Assembly: GCA_964035545.1 (NCBI GenBank)
Contig: OZ037766.1
Coordinates: forward strand, 22,680,767-22,744,766
Length of the DNA stretch: 64,000 bases
Direction: 5' to 3'
Origin: Bugula neritina
Lineage: Eukaryota; Animalia; Bryozoa
This document shows, one piece after another, positions 50,814 to 64,000 of this stretch. Numbering within the stretch: the first letter of the stretch is position 1; every line of letters starts with the position of its first letter. Under the pieces are notes generated by a model, which saw only the letters and a list, made by a program, of their open reading frames with translations, was not told the DNA's origin and did no database searches. The position numbers and the translations under genes are program-made.

Positions 50814-53800
50814 ATGTCAAACAACAATAATCAAAAAGTTAGAAGAAATGTTGTGTCACCATCCATAAGACAAGGCCCGCTTCGTGCTACCCAACAATTC
50901 GCTCTTGTTGGTGGCACTGGCAGTCCAGCAAGAAAGCATATCAGCAAGACACACACGTCTTCTCCAACGTCAAAATCTCAAGCAGCAAAAACAGCTAAAG
51001 CTCGATCACACTCAGAAACGGGGTTTGTGAGTGAAAGGCGCAGTCCTACGCCAAGTATATCAAGCTGCAAAGGTGAGTGATGCAACATGATCATAATCAT
51101 ATTCATAATGATGAAGTTAAACATTCGTTGAAAAGTTGACCGGTCTGTGATCATTATCACGGGCGTGTGAAAAGATTAATATTTCAAAATAATTTTAATC
51201 TTTTGTTCCAACAAACAGTGACACTATTGATACCATACTGATACTATTAGACTTAGTATTTATAATTAATAACTATAAGTATAACAAATCAATAATACTA
51301 ATACTAGTAATAGTAATACTAATCAGCAATTGTAAGACTAACTCTAAGAGTAAATGTGAGTATCGGTATCACAATAACAATGAGTGATTCGATGGCTACG
51401 AGTATAACTATAACATAAAACTATAACACTAACTAATAACTATCTTTATCTTACTCTTACTCTTACTCTTACTCTTACTCTTACTCTTACTCTTACTCTT
51501 ACTCTTAGTATCTAAAAGTAAATCAGAAGTTAACTCTTGAACAATATCAATATTGTGATCAATATCAATGGTTTATGACTTATGGGTTTATTGCTAATTG
51601 AAATTAACAGATAATTTACTTTTATTGATCAACACGCAATTAAAATCAAACTGATTACTAAGCTATCTCTACGCCTGGAACTGCTATGAAGACTTTGCTT
51701 TTAGTTTCTACAATCATTATAATTACCATATATAAATTAAGACTTAAAGCCTGGCCACACGATCGTGAGAATCACACGAAATCGTCTATTTGACGCAAAA
51801 AAACATTCGTACGAGAAAATTTGAGGGAATTCAAACGAAATCGTCATCGTTGGGTGTGTTTAAAAACTTTACCAATAAACAAAACTAAAAAAATGTACAC
51901 ATAAAACACCAAAAAAAATAACAAATGACAAAATTTTTCCTTTATAGCTTATATAAACTTGCGGTACCAATCTCGGCATAATGACTTCTCGTCTAACGAG
52001 CATGTGGCTGGTCAATACGAAAAGATAACTCACGAAAATCGTCACACAAGTTTTGTGTGATTCTCACGATCGTGTGGCCAGGCTTTTAATGTTTAAGAGT
52101 ATCAATATGAAGTGAATATGGCCGATACTGATGTGAGTATATAAGTATAGCTTTACTACTTCTAGCTCAAAAATTGTCTTGCTGATAATAGTACTCATAC
52201 TGATGGCACTCTCTGTAGGTGATTTTGTTTATCATCTGTATAAATGATCTCATTACTTTTATCCCTTATTCATCACTACCATTAAGCCCAGATTTAGTTT
52301 ATCATTCTCATACTCTATAAATAACAAACCCTGCTGACTATTAGGTCTAGTACTACACAGTTGCTTTTGAATAGTCTATCATGAAGTTCGGAGGATGTTC
52401 AGTTGTGATTTATCATTCATTTTGGGTTTAATAATGCAATGATGGTCACAGCTGGTACTAGTTCTGCTAGAAACTTGGAACTGTAAATATAACTATATTT
52501 AAATGAATGGTTTGTTTACTTCACGGTCGTAGGTGGTGAAAGGTACTGTTGCTAAGATATCATTTTAAATGTTTTTTATGTAAAAACGTCGTTATTTATG
52601 GCCATTACCCTTAGATTAGCTTTATGAGTTATGTGATTTGCTGAGCAATTTTCATCATCAATATTATCTTGGAAAATTGAAAAATTTATTGTAATAATTA
52701 TATAAAATAAATCGTGCTCATGACATTTCATTTCTTTTTTTTATCATATCAAAATTTAATATATCATTTAAAAAACAAATCAATAATATTTATTACAGTT
52801 ATAATAGTGCATAGCAGGCTTTATTTTCTAATGTATTTATTGTTTTTTAATAGTCTATTAAAGCTTGAATGGTGTTCAGTTGTGACAAGCAATTCAGTGT
52901 GGGCTTATTAGTTCAATGGTGTCACCGCTGGACCAAAGTCATTTTTGCAAGTCAAATTCATGTAAAGTAGAGCTGCTTAAATTTAATTTAAGTTGCCTTG
53001 CAAGTTTTTGATTATGCAATACAAAATTGAATGTAAAATGTATTTAATAAAAATGGTAGAATATATGCATTCACCGAATCAAATGAAAAAATTCTCAGCA
53101 ACCAGTGATTTAATCAGTTTAAAATTAATATCAATTTGTATGCGATACTAATGGTGAATATGTCACTTAGTTTCAATGGTTTCATCCCAGTTAAACGCTT
53201 CCCACTTGGATGTTTCCCAGTTGAACGCCATTTTTCATTTTGGTACAATATAATTTATGTAGTAAGATACATATACTCGTATATACCCATATTACTGTTG
53301 TATTAGTTGCTAAACATAAAATATTAGTTAATATGAAGCCTCTGGAATAATTTTCCAATTTTTACTAATTTATGTGGGACAAAAAACAGGAATACGTTAA
53401 TAAACATTATCTTTAATGAATATTTCTTATTGAAATATTGTTTCTTCAAACAAGAAGTATAGAAAATGCACAATTAATAAGTTGATGCAGATCAAAGGAA
53501 TTTATTTTTGTGCTAAATAGCAAACAATTGATCCCAATTTATTTAAATATGCATATATTTCAATAATATTCAAATAAACTGCATATAAAATACATATAAT
53601 GATATTTTACTAAAATAAATAACTAGCGTCTAGTCTAACTGGGAAGCGCCTATCTAGGATGACACCGTTTCAATAATCACAAATTATATCCATAGTAGTA
53701 CTAAAGGTATGGCTGATTAATTTAATTATGTGGAGCAATTCCCATTTGGAGACCAATATTCCTACATTATTCTTTAGCAAATTCATTAAAACCTTTGGTG

Positions 53801-56800
53801 TAAATGCTAAACATACAATTAAGAATATTCGATTTTATTTTCGTAAATTTCAAAATTTTAAAGGCCTGCAGTCAGTCAATGCACATTTTAAGTTATAAAC
53901 TAAACAAATTATATTATTCAAAACGAAGCAAGGGTCTACACCCAGCTCTGAATAGAGCATTAAGTACTGTTCACCAATTACTAGACAACTGTTGGGTTGC
54001 CTTTATTTGCTGCTAATACCCCCCACATACGATCATGCAATTTCTAAAAAGAAATTCATCATTATGGTGCTAGAATGATAAAATGTTTGCACAGTGTATA
54101 GATTTAGTAAATTAGGTTGAAGCTTCAAGAAAACTAGTTGCCTTATATAGGTTCGAGATTCTCAGTGCTACCATTTCAGGAAAGTCAAAACATCACTAGC
54201 GAATATATTTTCCAATGTAACGTTCTTTGACTAAAAGAGAATGTAAGTTTTAGGTTGCATTTTAATTTTCGGAATTTTACCAAGATAAAAAGAGTGAAGT
54301 AAATTGTTTGCAGAACTAATGTAGCGCAATTTTTTTTTTTGTAAATGGCTAATCACCCCCAACTCTAAAATAGCACATATGACATAAACTACTATTTTGA
54401 TGAAAATACAAACAAACAAACAAGCACATAAAACCTTGATTTGATGAAACTTTGCTGTCCTTTAAATTATACTCGTATACTTGGTTTTTTTCTTTTGTGC
54501 TAGATTGAACCTGGAATAGCTTAAACCTATGCATTTTCTAAGATTCAGTATGCTGCCTTTCTCTGTGACAAAGACTGTCCCAATTTTATTGCAATATTGT
54601 CGAAAAATTCTAAAGCTAAAATAGGCTCATTTTCGAAAACGTTCCGGTCAATTATAATAAAATGCTCATATTTTATACTACAACTTGTTTGAAAATATTT
54701 TTTAAAAGCTGGGCTTGCCAAAACAGGCATTCACAGCCTACATTTGCCAGATTGTGACTACTTTCATCTTTTAAGTCAATTGTCAGTGGGTTTTAGAAAC
54801 TTGTGGCAGTACTGTAATAAAATGGTCACAGCATGTGTCATCCTTTTGGCGTAGCACAGATGAACCCTATTTTGTCAACTATTTTCGTAAACTCAAGTTA
54901 AATCTCATTACTGAAAACAAGAAACGGTGTGAAAGCAAGGAAAAATTTATTATTTCTATTTTTAAAGATCATTTTTTCTGGCAGTCTTTTTTAAAATGGT
55001 CATTTTATAAGTGTTTGTTTAAAGCATTTGCTTTTTAATATTCATTACCTATTTATTTGATATGTTTATTTTTATGACAGAATAATTATACTTGGTCAAG
55101 AGCGTTCTCAAAAGAAATTATCTTATCCATTTAATAGAATCAAACTCAAGGGCTAATTATAAATGAAAAGTAGTTATTTAGAAATTATAAACAATAATTA
55201 TATAAAGGTGTGTTGCTATAAAGGTGCGTTACCTTAGCCACCCTCAACCTGATCAATACGCTATTTGTTATTAGTGGAGAAGCCAAAAGCTTTAAGAGCA
55301 GCAGGCTCTGTTGACAACATCAGCTTCTACCTGTCTGGTCAATGGCCAAAAGATGGCTGTGCTAAGCATAAAGGTGCTCATGATGTCAATGTCGTTACCA
55401 GCAGTACCAACACTCCGATTGGCTCTACCGGTGTTACAAATACTCCTATTGGCTGTAGCTTTATTCAATCAAATTTACGATGCAGTCCGCTGACATCCTT
55501 TGATAATCAAGACATATTTATTAAAGATCAGGACACACAGGTGAGAAATGGTTCCAATGTATCAAGAGATGTGGCTAATTTGTTCAATGATCTTTAATAA
55601 TAGTTTTCTTTGTGCTCTCAAGGTTCTTTCCAGTATTTTATTATTTCAACCAAATTTTATAAAGAGCCAATAATTGGTTGCAATATAAGACGCAGTTATA
55701 AGTAGCAAATGGGTGTATTGCTGTATATGATGTTTTATTTACTGTTGTAAGTGATATATTGACTGTTTTGCATGCTGTATTTACTGTTGTATGTGCTGTA
55801 TTTACTGTTGTATGTGCTGTATTTACTGTTGTATGTGCTGTATTTACTGTTGTATATGCTTTATTTACTGTTGTATATGATATATTGACTGTTTTGCATG
55901 CTGTATTTACTGTTGTATGTGCTGTATTTACTGTTGTATGTGCTGTATTTACTGTTGTATGTGCTGTATTTACTGTTGTATATGCTTTCGTTGTGTTATA
56001 CTCACTGTAGTTATTTTCGTTCTGTTTAGACTTCCGAGGACTGGGAAGACGATCTAAAGAAACCCACGAGCACCTCTAGCAAGAGTTTTGTACCTTATAA
56101 AAGATCAAAGTCAGTTGGAACCAATGAAAACTGGCTTAAATCAAAAGATGTAGGCTATTACAATCATAAGTAATGAAAACAAGTGCTTCTAAACTTGGAT
56201 TGCGCTAATTTACCCAAATTCTGTGCACTGAATTGGTTTTGGCGATCTTAGTGGGATAACAGAAACCTGTATGCTAGTGTAATACTAGTATACCATTGTT
56301 TTGAGAGCAGCACAATGCATTGCAGGGTGTATGGGTGTTGACTGCTGATATAAATTACTCCAAAATACAGCATAGTTGATCATTACACACACATGTAGTA
56401 CATCTGCTGTTGATTATATTTGAGTATTATGTAAAGTAGCGATGCATTTCATTACCAGTTCACCAGGCATTCAATTCAGTATGCAGTATGTAGGTGTAGT
56501 TCGTACTCACTCAAGCCTATCTCCACTTCACTTACACATTACTACCACAATCTATATCACACTGTAGCCAAGTGGCTGGTATAGTCACAGTGGGCAAATT
56601 ATTTGCTCTATTTGTTATAACCTGTTATATCACCTCATCCATCACACTACTTTATCTCTTCCTACTCAGTATCTCGTAGATCTTCCCATCTACCGTAGAT
56701 CTTCCCATCTACCCGTAGTGTATTTTGTTGTGTTGTGTCACCATGGCAAAGTGTTGTGATGTTTATTGCAGATCAAAGCAAGACTCCAAAGGAAAGATAA

Positions 56801-59441
56801 TTCTGGAAGAAGCGGTCAGACAACAGCACAGCGATTCAGTCCTGTTCCCATACTTACTAACTCTCTGTCACCTCGTGCCAGTGCCTCTCAGCCAATCAAA
56901 ATACCCGTACCAATACATGAAAATGGCATGCTCCGTGGCACTCCGGGAAAGGCCAGGGCCAGTGTGGAAGGCCTTAATCCAGTATGTATTACTTGCGCAC
57001 TGACAGTGGTTATGTCTATTAGTTTCCTACTGATGGGCTCATTTACACTTGGGAGCAGCTGTGGAGAAATTGTGATGACCTAAGTTCTTTAAAATTTCTT
57101 TATAGATTTTGGTTTGGGGCGAGGGCTGAATTTTTTGCGAGAATATAACTTCTTTTGCTGCATTTCTAATCTAGAACACAGGCTTTTTTCAATTTCTTCG
57201 TTACTGTGCCTAGTAACTCAGTGTCAGTCATATTTACTGTTAGTCGTACCCACTGTTGGTGTGTAGCTACCATTGTACATCTTTGTAATATTTAGTTAGT
57301 AATTAACATCATTAGCATGACGATATCTTCATATAGGAATATATCAACTGATGAGATATGTAGGCATGTTAGATAATAGTTTTTGTGCCTAGCATATAGG
57401 CGCCTTGTAGATACTTTAGAGTGTAATGCATACATACCACATGCTATTAAATGTACTGTCTTTTTATGTGTTGATGATCTTCTTGTAGGAGATTGAGAAG
57501 TTGATCATATCAGCAACTTCAGTACTGAATAGAGAAGAAGAGAGTGGGACTTGTGGGCCAGTATGTTAAACTTCACTGCTAGCTTCTAGTTGTAGCTTGT
57601 TATCTGTACACATGTGTACTGGTGATTAATTAACAGTTTCTTTGTAATTGCTGATGCATTCTTCTTTCATACTATTATCATGGTCAACAGAGCAACACTG
57701 GCTGTTGGTTTCATTGTAAATACAAGGTGGCACCAGGAGTTGGTGGGTCAAGTGGAGCACAGGTGCTACAGCAGTGCTTTCTATTGCTAGTATGCTGTGT
57801 ATATTATCCTAGCTTTACTGCCAAGTTATATTCTGTATTATATAATGTCACTGCCACCTTATTTACAATGTGTATGGTGCTATCATTCTCTTCAACATGT
57901 TACTAGTACTAGTACTATTAGTACTACTAGCTACTGCTACTACTAGTGCTACTAGCTACTGCTACTACTACTACTAGTACTACTAGCTACTACTAGTACT
58001 ACTAGCTACTACTAGTGCTACTAGCTACTGCTACTACTACTACTACGACTGCTACTGCTGCTTTCTATACAAATATTCTTTATAACAACAACTGAAAAAC
58101 CACTTTTTTTGCGTTCTCCATGTTCTGCTATGACTACTGTTCTCTTTGCCCGTATAGATACACCTGTATGAACATCCTGACGGACATAGAGCGCCAGGTC
58201 CAGAGTCCCTGAACTTCATACACGCCAACACGCAGACCCCCAGCCAATCTGACTCATTTTTGGGCGGGGACTCGTTGGTTGAGTCAACTCTATGTGACCA
58301 TTACAGTGGGGGTTTGAGGACCATCAGTAGGGCCTCCACCGATACAGAGAGTGCTAGCAGCAGACCTCAGTCTATCAGCCCCTCCCCCTTCCTACTAGGT
58401 AAGTTGTAGCAGCTGTGGATGTGTGTTAGAAGCTAATCTGACTACTCAATATACAGCCAATGTTTTCATGTCATTGCTGGCACAGCTTATACTGTGTGGT
58501 GTGGCTTTTGTCTCGAATTCTTCTCTACTTGATAGCTTTCTCTATTGTTTATACATGGCAGTAATCATAGACTGGTATAAATAACCTGGTATCTACATGA
58601 CTTAACCAATGACCATACTGCTTTATACTATATACTAGTACTGTACTCTTATTGTATGTACTTTACCTGTACTACTCTATACTAGCACTACTCTATACTC
58701 TGTACTAGTACTACTCTACACTATCTACTCTACTACTCTGTACTATATACTAGTAATATTACTGTATGTACTCGTACTACTCTGTACTAGTACTAATCTG
58801 CTGCTGTATGCTTGTAGGACCACTGGATATTGATGAGCCAACTTCAGATACTGGTATGCATAAGTATAATATTCAGTCTTTGTTGTGTTTGCCACTGTCT
58901 ACTATTCAGTTGATGTGACTTGTCATTCTACTGACCCTGTTACCATGATTACATAATATTTTAGCCACTAGTCCTAGACCAAATAGTGCTGGCTTTGTCA
59001 GACTTCCACCAGATGGCGCTGAGAAGTTGAAGATTGTTACTGAGATGTGAGTATTACTGCTGTATTTTACAAAATAAATCATATCTATAATTTAAGGGTG
59101 TCTGCAAGGGCCATTAAATGTCTCAAGTCGCCACTGCACTTTGACTAATGTAGTCTCTATGGATGTTGCTATGTGTTTACTTTGCTAATCTACTGGCCTT
59201 CATTGGTGTTGTTTGCATCATTATTTACACACAAGTCGCATTCCTAGTGGTTGGTTTACACTTGCGTGTTTTTAGCTCCTCACTACCTCCAATGAAGGCT
59301 ATTATTACCCCCATCACTGCCATCAAACTGCAGCCCAGTGAAACCTCCGCATTTAGCAGTCTATCAAGTAAGAGGGCGTCACTCGATTTGCCGTCTGTCT
59401 GTCCAAGTGTTGCTGCTCGGTTTGTGGAGGAAGGCCATTGA
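50814..59441 (+). CDS. GLCCI1: GLCCI1 / FAM117 family protein, multi-exon
   Basis: Family motifs occur in order on separate GT-AG exons: SVDNISFYLSGQWPKD (~55310), KDQDTQ/T, IKARLQR (56772), SVEGLNP/EIEKL, PDGHRAP (~58176), FVRLPPDGAEKLKIVTE (~58994) and LQPSETSAF. Stop at 59439-59441. Confidence 0.8.
51449..51506. repeat. (TTACTC)n hexamer microsatellite
   Basis: About 9 perfect units. Confidence 0.92.
51747..52085. mobile_element. PIF/Harbinger-type MITE (339 bp)
   Basis: ~31-bp perfect TIR AAGCCTGGCCACACGATCGTGAGAATCACAC; TTA TSD at 51744-51746 and 52086-52088. Confidence 0.88.
53176..53669. mobile_element. Degenerate MITE with imperfect inverted ends
   Basis: Left end ATGGTTTCATCCCAGTTAAACGCTTCCCA versus right-end reverse complement ACGGTGTCATCCTAGATAGGCGCTTCCCA; AT-rich interior. 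Confidence 0.5.
55720..55987. repeat. 21-bp minisatellite (TGCTGTATTTACTGTTGTATG), ~12 units
   Basis: Directly visible; it accounts for the repetitive ORF 55759-56010. Confidence 0.93.
57900..58062. repeat. Degenerate (CTA)n/(CTAG) microsatellite; a similar tract lies at ~58620-58800
   Basis: Directly visible in introns of the GLCCI1-like gene. Confidence 0.85.
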
Positions 59442-61259
59442 ATGATTTCTCACCAGACTGCCATGTTCTATACAAATATTCTGTACCATGTGATTACGCC
59501 AACCCTTGAGTACTGTATTATTATATGCAGTTATAACTTTCTAAAAAGAGCCCTTAATCTGTATGAATTGGTGGAATTATCAGTTAACTAATTCATAAAA
59601 TATTTATCAGTATTAACTTTATAATTATACTGCATGACATGATTTGAATATCATAGTTGTAATATGTTATATACTTTATATACTCTACTTCCTTTAGACT
59701 TAGCATGTAGATAGTGTCACTGTAAATTGTCAGACTTTAAGTGCTCTACTAGTATGATGTAGCATGTAATATTGAATCTTAACTCCAGATTAGTATGATC
59801 TCATTCAATCAACTTCTTTGTATAGTTTTTGTTATTACTATTATTGTTATTCCTATTATTCATTAGTCAGTATATTATGTTGCTGACTTGTTTTCCTCTT
59901 AGGCAGCATGTTTTATGTCACTTTAAGTTGGTTTGAAAGCTGTTATTGTTGAATTATTAATGCTGAACCTGGTCAGCCATATGCCACTGTTAGGCAAGAA
60001 AGGTACCTCTGCTTTTCATATTTCTACTCAATGTGTCAAGTTTTTGTCTATTTCTATCATCACCCTTTAACTATGAAAACAAAACCTTGTCGTAACAGTA
60101 TCTGATGTCTGAATAGCTGTTTGGCCAGTTCTTTGCTTTTTTTCTTTTTCATTCTATTCATTGGTGTAGATAATATAATGCTAAGGGAAAAATCAATGAA
60201 TGCCTTGTTTAACCATGAGTTGTTATAAAAACAGGATTATTGGTTCTGACAATAGTCCAGCTCATAATAGAATGTTAACCGTTGAATTCATAACATGTAG
60301 CTCTGTTATAAAGTTACTTAGGATAACAGCATACACACTTGAAAACATTTGTACAATACTTGAACGGCCTTGCTAGAGTGTGGCAATATACCAATTATGC
60401 AAATACGGTGCATTTATGCTTTCAAGTTATTTACATATTGCTATGGGAACACAGTTTGGGTGAAAAATATATTATGTGCAGATATAAAATTCTTTAATGA
60501 TGAGGCACCCACTCTATTTTATTTTTATATTCTTTCAATTATAATTGAAATAACAAAAACTTCAAAAATTTCTATCAAACACAATGTATGATGCTGGTGT
60601 TGTTTATGCCAGAAGTTGAAGAAGAGTAAACGTTTTCCTACAAATTTTTGCAACCAATTGGTAATTTTCATTCACAGATGCTGTATGTATACTTTTGAAC
60701 TTCATTTTTAAAAAGTTGTTCCAAGAACGTTCAGGAGGCCATTAGAAGTATATAATGGCTAACTGCCAATTGAAAAGCCATTTTAGAATATAATAATAGC
60801 TTGAGTAAGTCTTGCTGGCAATTCAAATCACTTGGAACTTAAACCTGAAACCTAAACTTAATATGAAAATTTTCAAGCGAAAAATAGTTTGTAACATATG
60901 AGCGAATTATTGGCTATAATGAAGTGCAACATTGCAATACTTTATGCTTGAGCGTCTGAGAGTATGTAGATTGTAAATGTATGAAATTGTTGACTACAAT
61001 CACAGATGCAATAAGAAGAAAAGATGATTTATTAGGTCATTATTTATAGTCAATAAGTGGATTGTGTGGCTACATATAATAATATTATGATGAATTTTCA
61101 TAGAAAATCACATATATTGACGAAAATAGCTTAGTCCAAAGTCAAGTAACTGAGATCAAAATTTGTCTAACACTCTTGTACTAAATTGATAATTTTCTAT
61201 GAAGCGAGCAGTCTAGGCTCAATGTGATCATCATGCAATAATGCTTTGGAAAATCTGTT

Positions 61260-64000
61260 TCAAGTTTTATTCATTGTGCTACGATAGTCTTTCATAACAT
61301 CGTATGACCATTCATCATACCATCTGCATGAGCCATGGTGAAACTCGTCACACGAAACCATCCCGATATCTGGCTCTCTGGGTGGAAGAGGAGGGGCTTC
61401 CATTCTCTTTCCTAGAGTCCAGAAACTTTCATAATAGTACCTAAAAATATAATTTGAAATAACAAAACTGTAAACGAAAAATTTAATTATTCATAGTTAT
61501 TACATGCAGAAGTATTAAGTTAATAAAACTACATAGATTGAGTTTACACACTTGCTTTTCACTATAGTTGGTGCAACAAATCTAATAATACATTGAAGAA
61601 TAAATATTATGTTCGAAAACAATTTTTAGGGAATACAACTCCAAGTTTATACAATGAAAGGTTTATTCCAGAGAGTCTTACCATCTTTGAATAATGTATT
61701 TTTGCCCCTTCGTCACTTTGCTAGCTTTATGTACAGATAGAGGTTCACATTTACCAAATTCATTCATGTTGTTCCACACTAGAGCTCGTCCTTTCTTAGG
61801 CTTAACCCAAATTCCCAATTCTAAAAAGGTAGATTAAATAACAATTAATCAGCTTAAATAAGTTTTTGATAATTATTGTGAACTAATTAATTTGAAAAAA
61901 GTGACAATAAATTAAGCTACTAAACCTTCTGCTGCAAATTTAAATCTGGTATAAAAAAAGTTATTCTTAATTATTGAACAGTGACACTTGCTATCTGTTA
62001 TAATAAATAAAACATTTTAAAAATTGCATATAATTATTATGTTGTCATCGTGTAGCACACAGCAATTGTCTACCCCATTAAATTTATAACCTATTTAGTC
62101 TGGGTGATATCATAATTCATCCAATTTTAAATGTAAAAAAGAATACAATATGAAGAAAAAAATTATTGTACCAGTAAAGGCAGTTTCACCGCCTGACTCA
62201 ACGTCATCCAGATAGACTAGTACAGTGGCAAATCTGTCCCGAAAATGGGAGTTATCTTCTACACAATCTGTGTGTTTTTTATAACCTGAAATCAATCAAA
62301 ATAGATATAGCAATCATAGATAAATAGCATTTACAAGTATGCAAATGTCTTTTTAAAGAAATAATTTATACCAATATGCTGTGGATAAGATGTAATTTGA
62401 AATTTTCCACCATTTTCCTGTTTTAATGAAGTTGTTTCCTGGATGAGAGCAGCCATTTTCTTTGAGAATGTTGACTCTCCGAAATAGAAAGCTGTACTGT
62501 AGCTCCAGTTGTAATTCAACCAATCAGCTACTTGTAATGAGAATGTCTCATTCAGACAGTATGTACCTAAACAGTAATAAATCTATGTGTCACATCAAAT
62601 GTTATAAAGAGAAACAAATAAACATCAAGTGGCAAACATTAAAAGAACACCTCCAAATGTAAACTGTGCAAGACATTAAAATATTTTAGTTCAATAAAAA
62701 TTCATTTATCACATAACCAGCAGCAAATATCAGCAGAAAACATTGCTTTGTTACACAAAGTTAATTTCTAGCTATAGTTGGCTGCAAAAAGCAGGCACAG
62801 CTGAATGTGTACAATATTGTAAAGGCTTTAGCAGTACCCATTACCGTGTACAATATGAAGAGTGCAGCACACATACAGTTTATCAAAAAAGTTGAAAAAA
62901 GAGAAAAGTAAATGCCTACAATAGTGAACTTGAAACAGTGCAGAGAAAAAATCTAACAAGAAGCAAAAAAAAATGTATGGCAAATCAAGCACACAACACA
63001 GTAGAGATCTGATACCAATCTGTAGACAGAAGAGAGGTCACAGCTGCAAGTAGAAAGGTTACATTGCGGAAAACTGCCTTGTAATAAATGTTATGTGCTA
63101 GACATGTATATGTATGAAGGTATATGTAAAAAAATGAGCTGACTTGACAATTATATTATGCAGTCTTCATCGTTTTACAGTATTGAGAAATTTAGTTACA
63201 TGTACATGTAGTTTAACTTATCATAATATTGTATTGCAATCATATAAAAAGCTAGTATAGCACATACTTATAGAATGCAATATGACTATACACCTTCAGT
63301 AAAATCCGAAGCAGAGACTGTGACATGTGATCTGTTGACACTGTCTAAGTTTAGCCTCAGTGTCTGTAGGTTTTCAAAGCACAATATGGGGGATTGTGTG
63401 CTCCCTGACTTTACATGCTTGTTATGCGCAGACCTCAAACCATCGCATTCATCAGCAGACAGAAAATCCTCGAACATAAAGACCCTGCATGCAATATTGA
63501 ACAGACATTCTTCAAACATATTTTTTACACAATTGAAGCGGAATTTTAGTTATTATGATACTAAATTGCCTGAAATGTGTTTTTATTCACTGCACCATCA
63601 CACCAACCATAAATGAAATAATGAGAGCTCACAAAAAACAACACAGGGCACTTCGACTCATTTGCCAATGGGTAGTAAAAACTAGCAGCTATGTATACTG
63701 CTGCAGTAGCAGCGATGTGCCAAGCTACCGATAACTATAAAACTATGGGCAGGTTAGGAAAATCCATAACTATAGGTCCTATAAGTTGCAAGCAGTGTGT
63801 AGGAATCAGGAGCTATATAAAACACAAGATTTGTTTACCGGCACAATTTAATCAACTCAAATTCTTGAATTTTAAAGCTGCCAAATTTTTTTTCACACTT
63901 AAATGATAAAATATCTTTTGCCCTGGTACACAAAAATTTTCCCTCTGTCTCAGTCAAAACACTTCACAAAATTCTTTCTGCAGATTACCTGCAGAGCTCA
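61260..64000 (-). CDS. Prolyl 4-hydroxylase-like 2OG-Fe(II) dioxygenase, 3' part (gene extends beyond the window)
   Basis: Exons ~63988-64000, 63293-63487 (VFMFEDFLSADECD), 62371-62566 (FQITSY), 62172-62285 (YKKHTD...RFATVLVYLDDVESGGETAFT), 61682-61820 (VKPKKGRALVWNN...SVHKASKVTKGQKY) and 61260-61441. The HxD...H iron triad and 2OG-binding Lys are present; stop at 61262-61260. Confidence 0.88.

Noticed and set aside
55759-56010. Repetitive hydrophobic 83-aa ORF
   Set aside because: Translation of an intronic 21-bp minisatellite.

Overview
AT-rich, intron-containing eukaryotic DNA, apparently from an invertebrate animal; the species cannot be determined from the sequence. It holds seven host genes: a PCBD, WDR1/AIP1, ARFRP1, an FRMD5/FRMD3-like FERM protein, a ZNF474-like protein, a GLCCI1/FAM117-like protein, and the 3' part of a prolyl-4-hydroxylase-like 2OG-Fe(II) dioxygenase. 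Two young, GC-rich, related Ty3/Gypsy LTR retrotransposons are inserted. Element A (12430-17437, minus) is defective and lacks most of RNase H and all of integrase. Element B (36784-44575, plus) looks intact. Both have a tRNA-Leu PBS, an ATAT target-site duplication and a -1 frameshift cassette with a covarying stem. The most striking observation is that both carry a non-env 3' accessory coding region that resembles a transcription factor: acidic segment, two zinc fingers, then a leucine-zipper-like coiled coil. The LTR of B contains six CCGA-N3-TCGG palindromes at ~16-bp spacing upstream of its TATA box, and the same motif recurs just upstream of and inside the accessory region. Element A has a different palindrome shared between its LTR and the equivalent position of its accessory ORF. 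This suggests, by inference only, a self-encoded regulator/operator system in a Gypsy lineage, analogous to foamy-virus Tas. The window also contains MITEs, tRNA-derived repeats, a degraded non-LTR fragment and micro/minisatellites. Exon boundaries were read by eye and may be off by a few bases.
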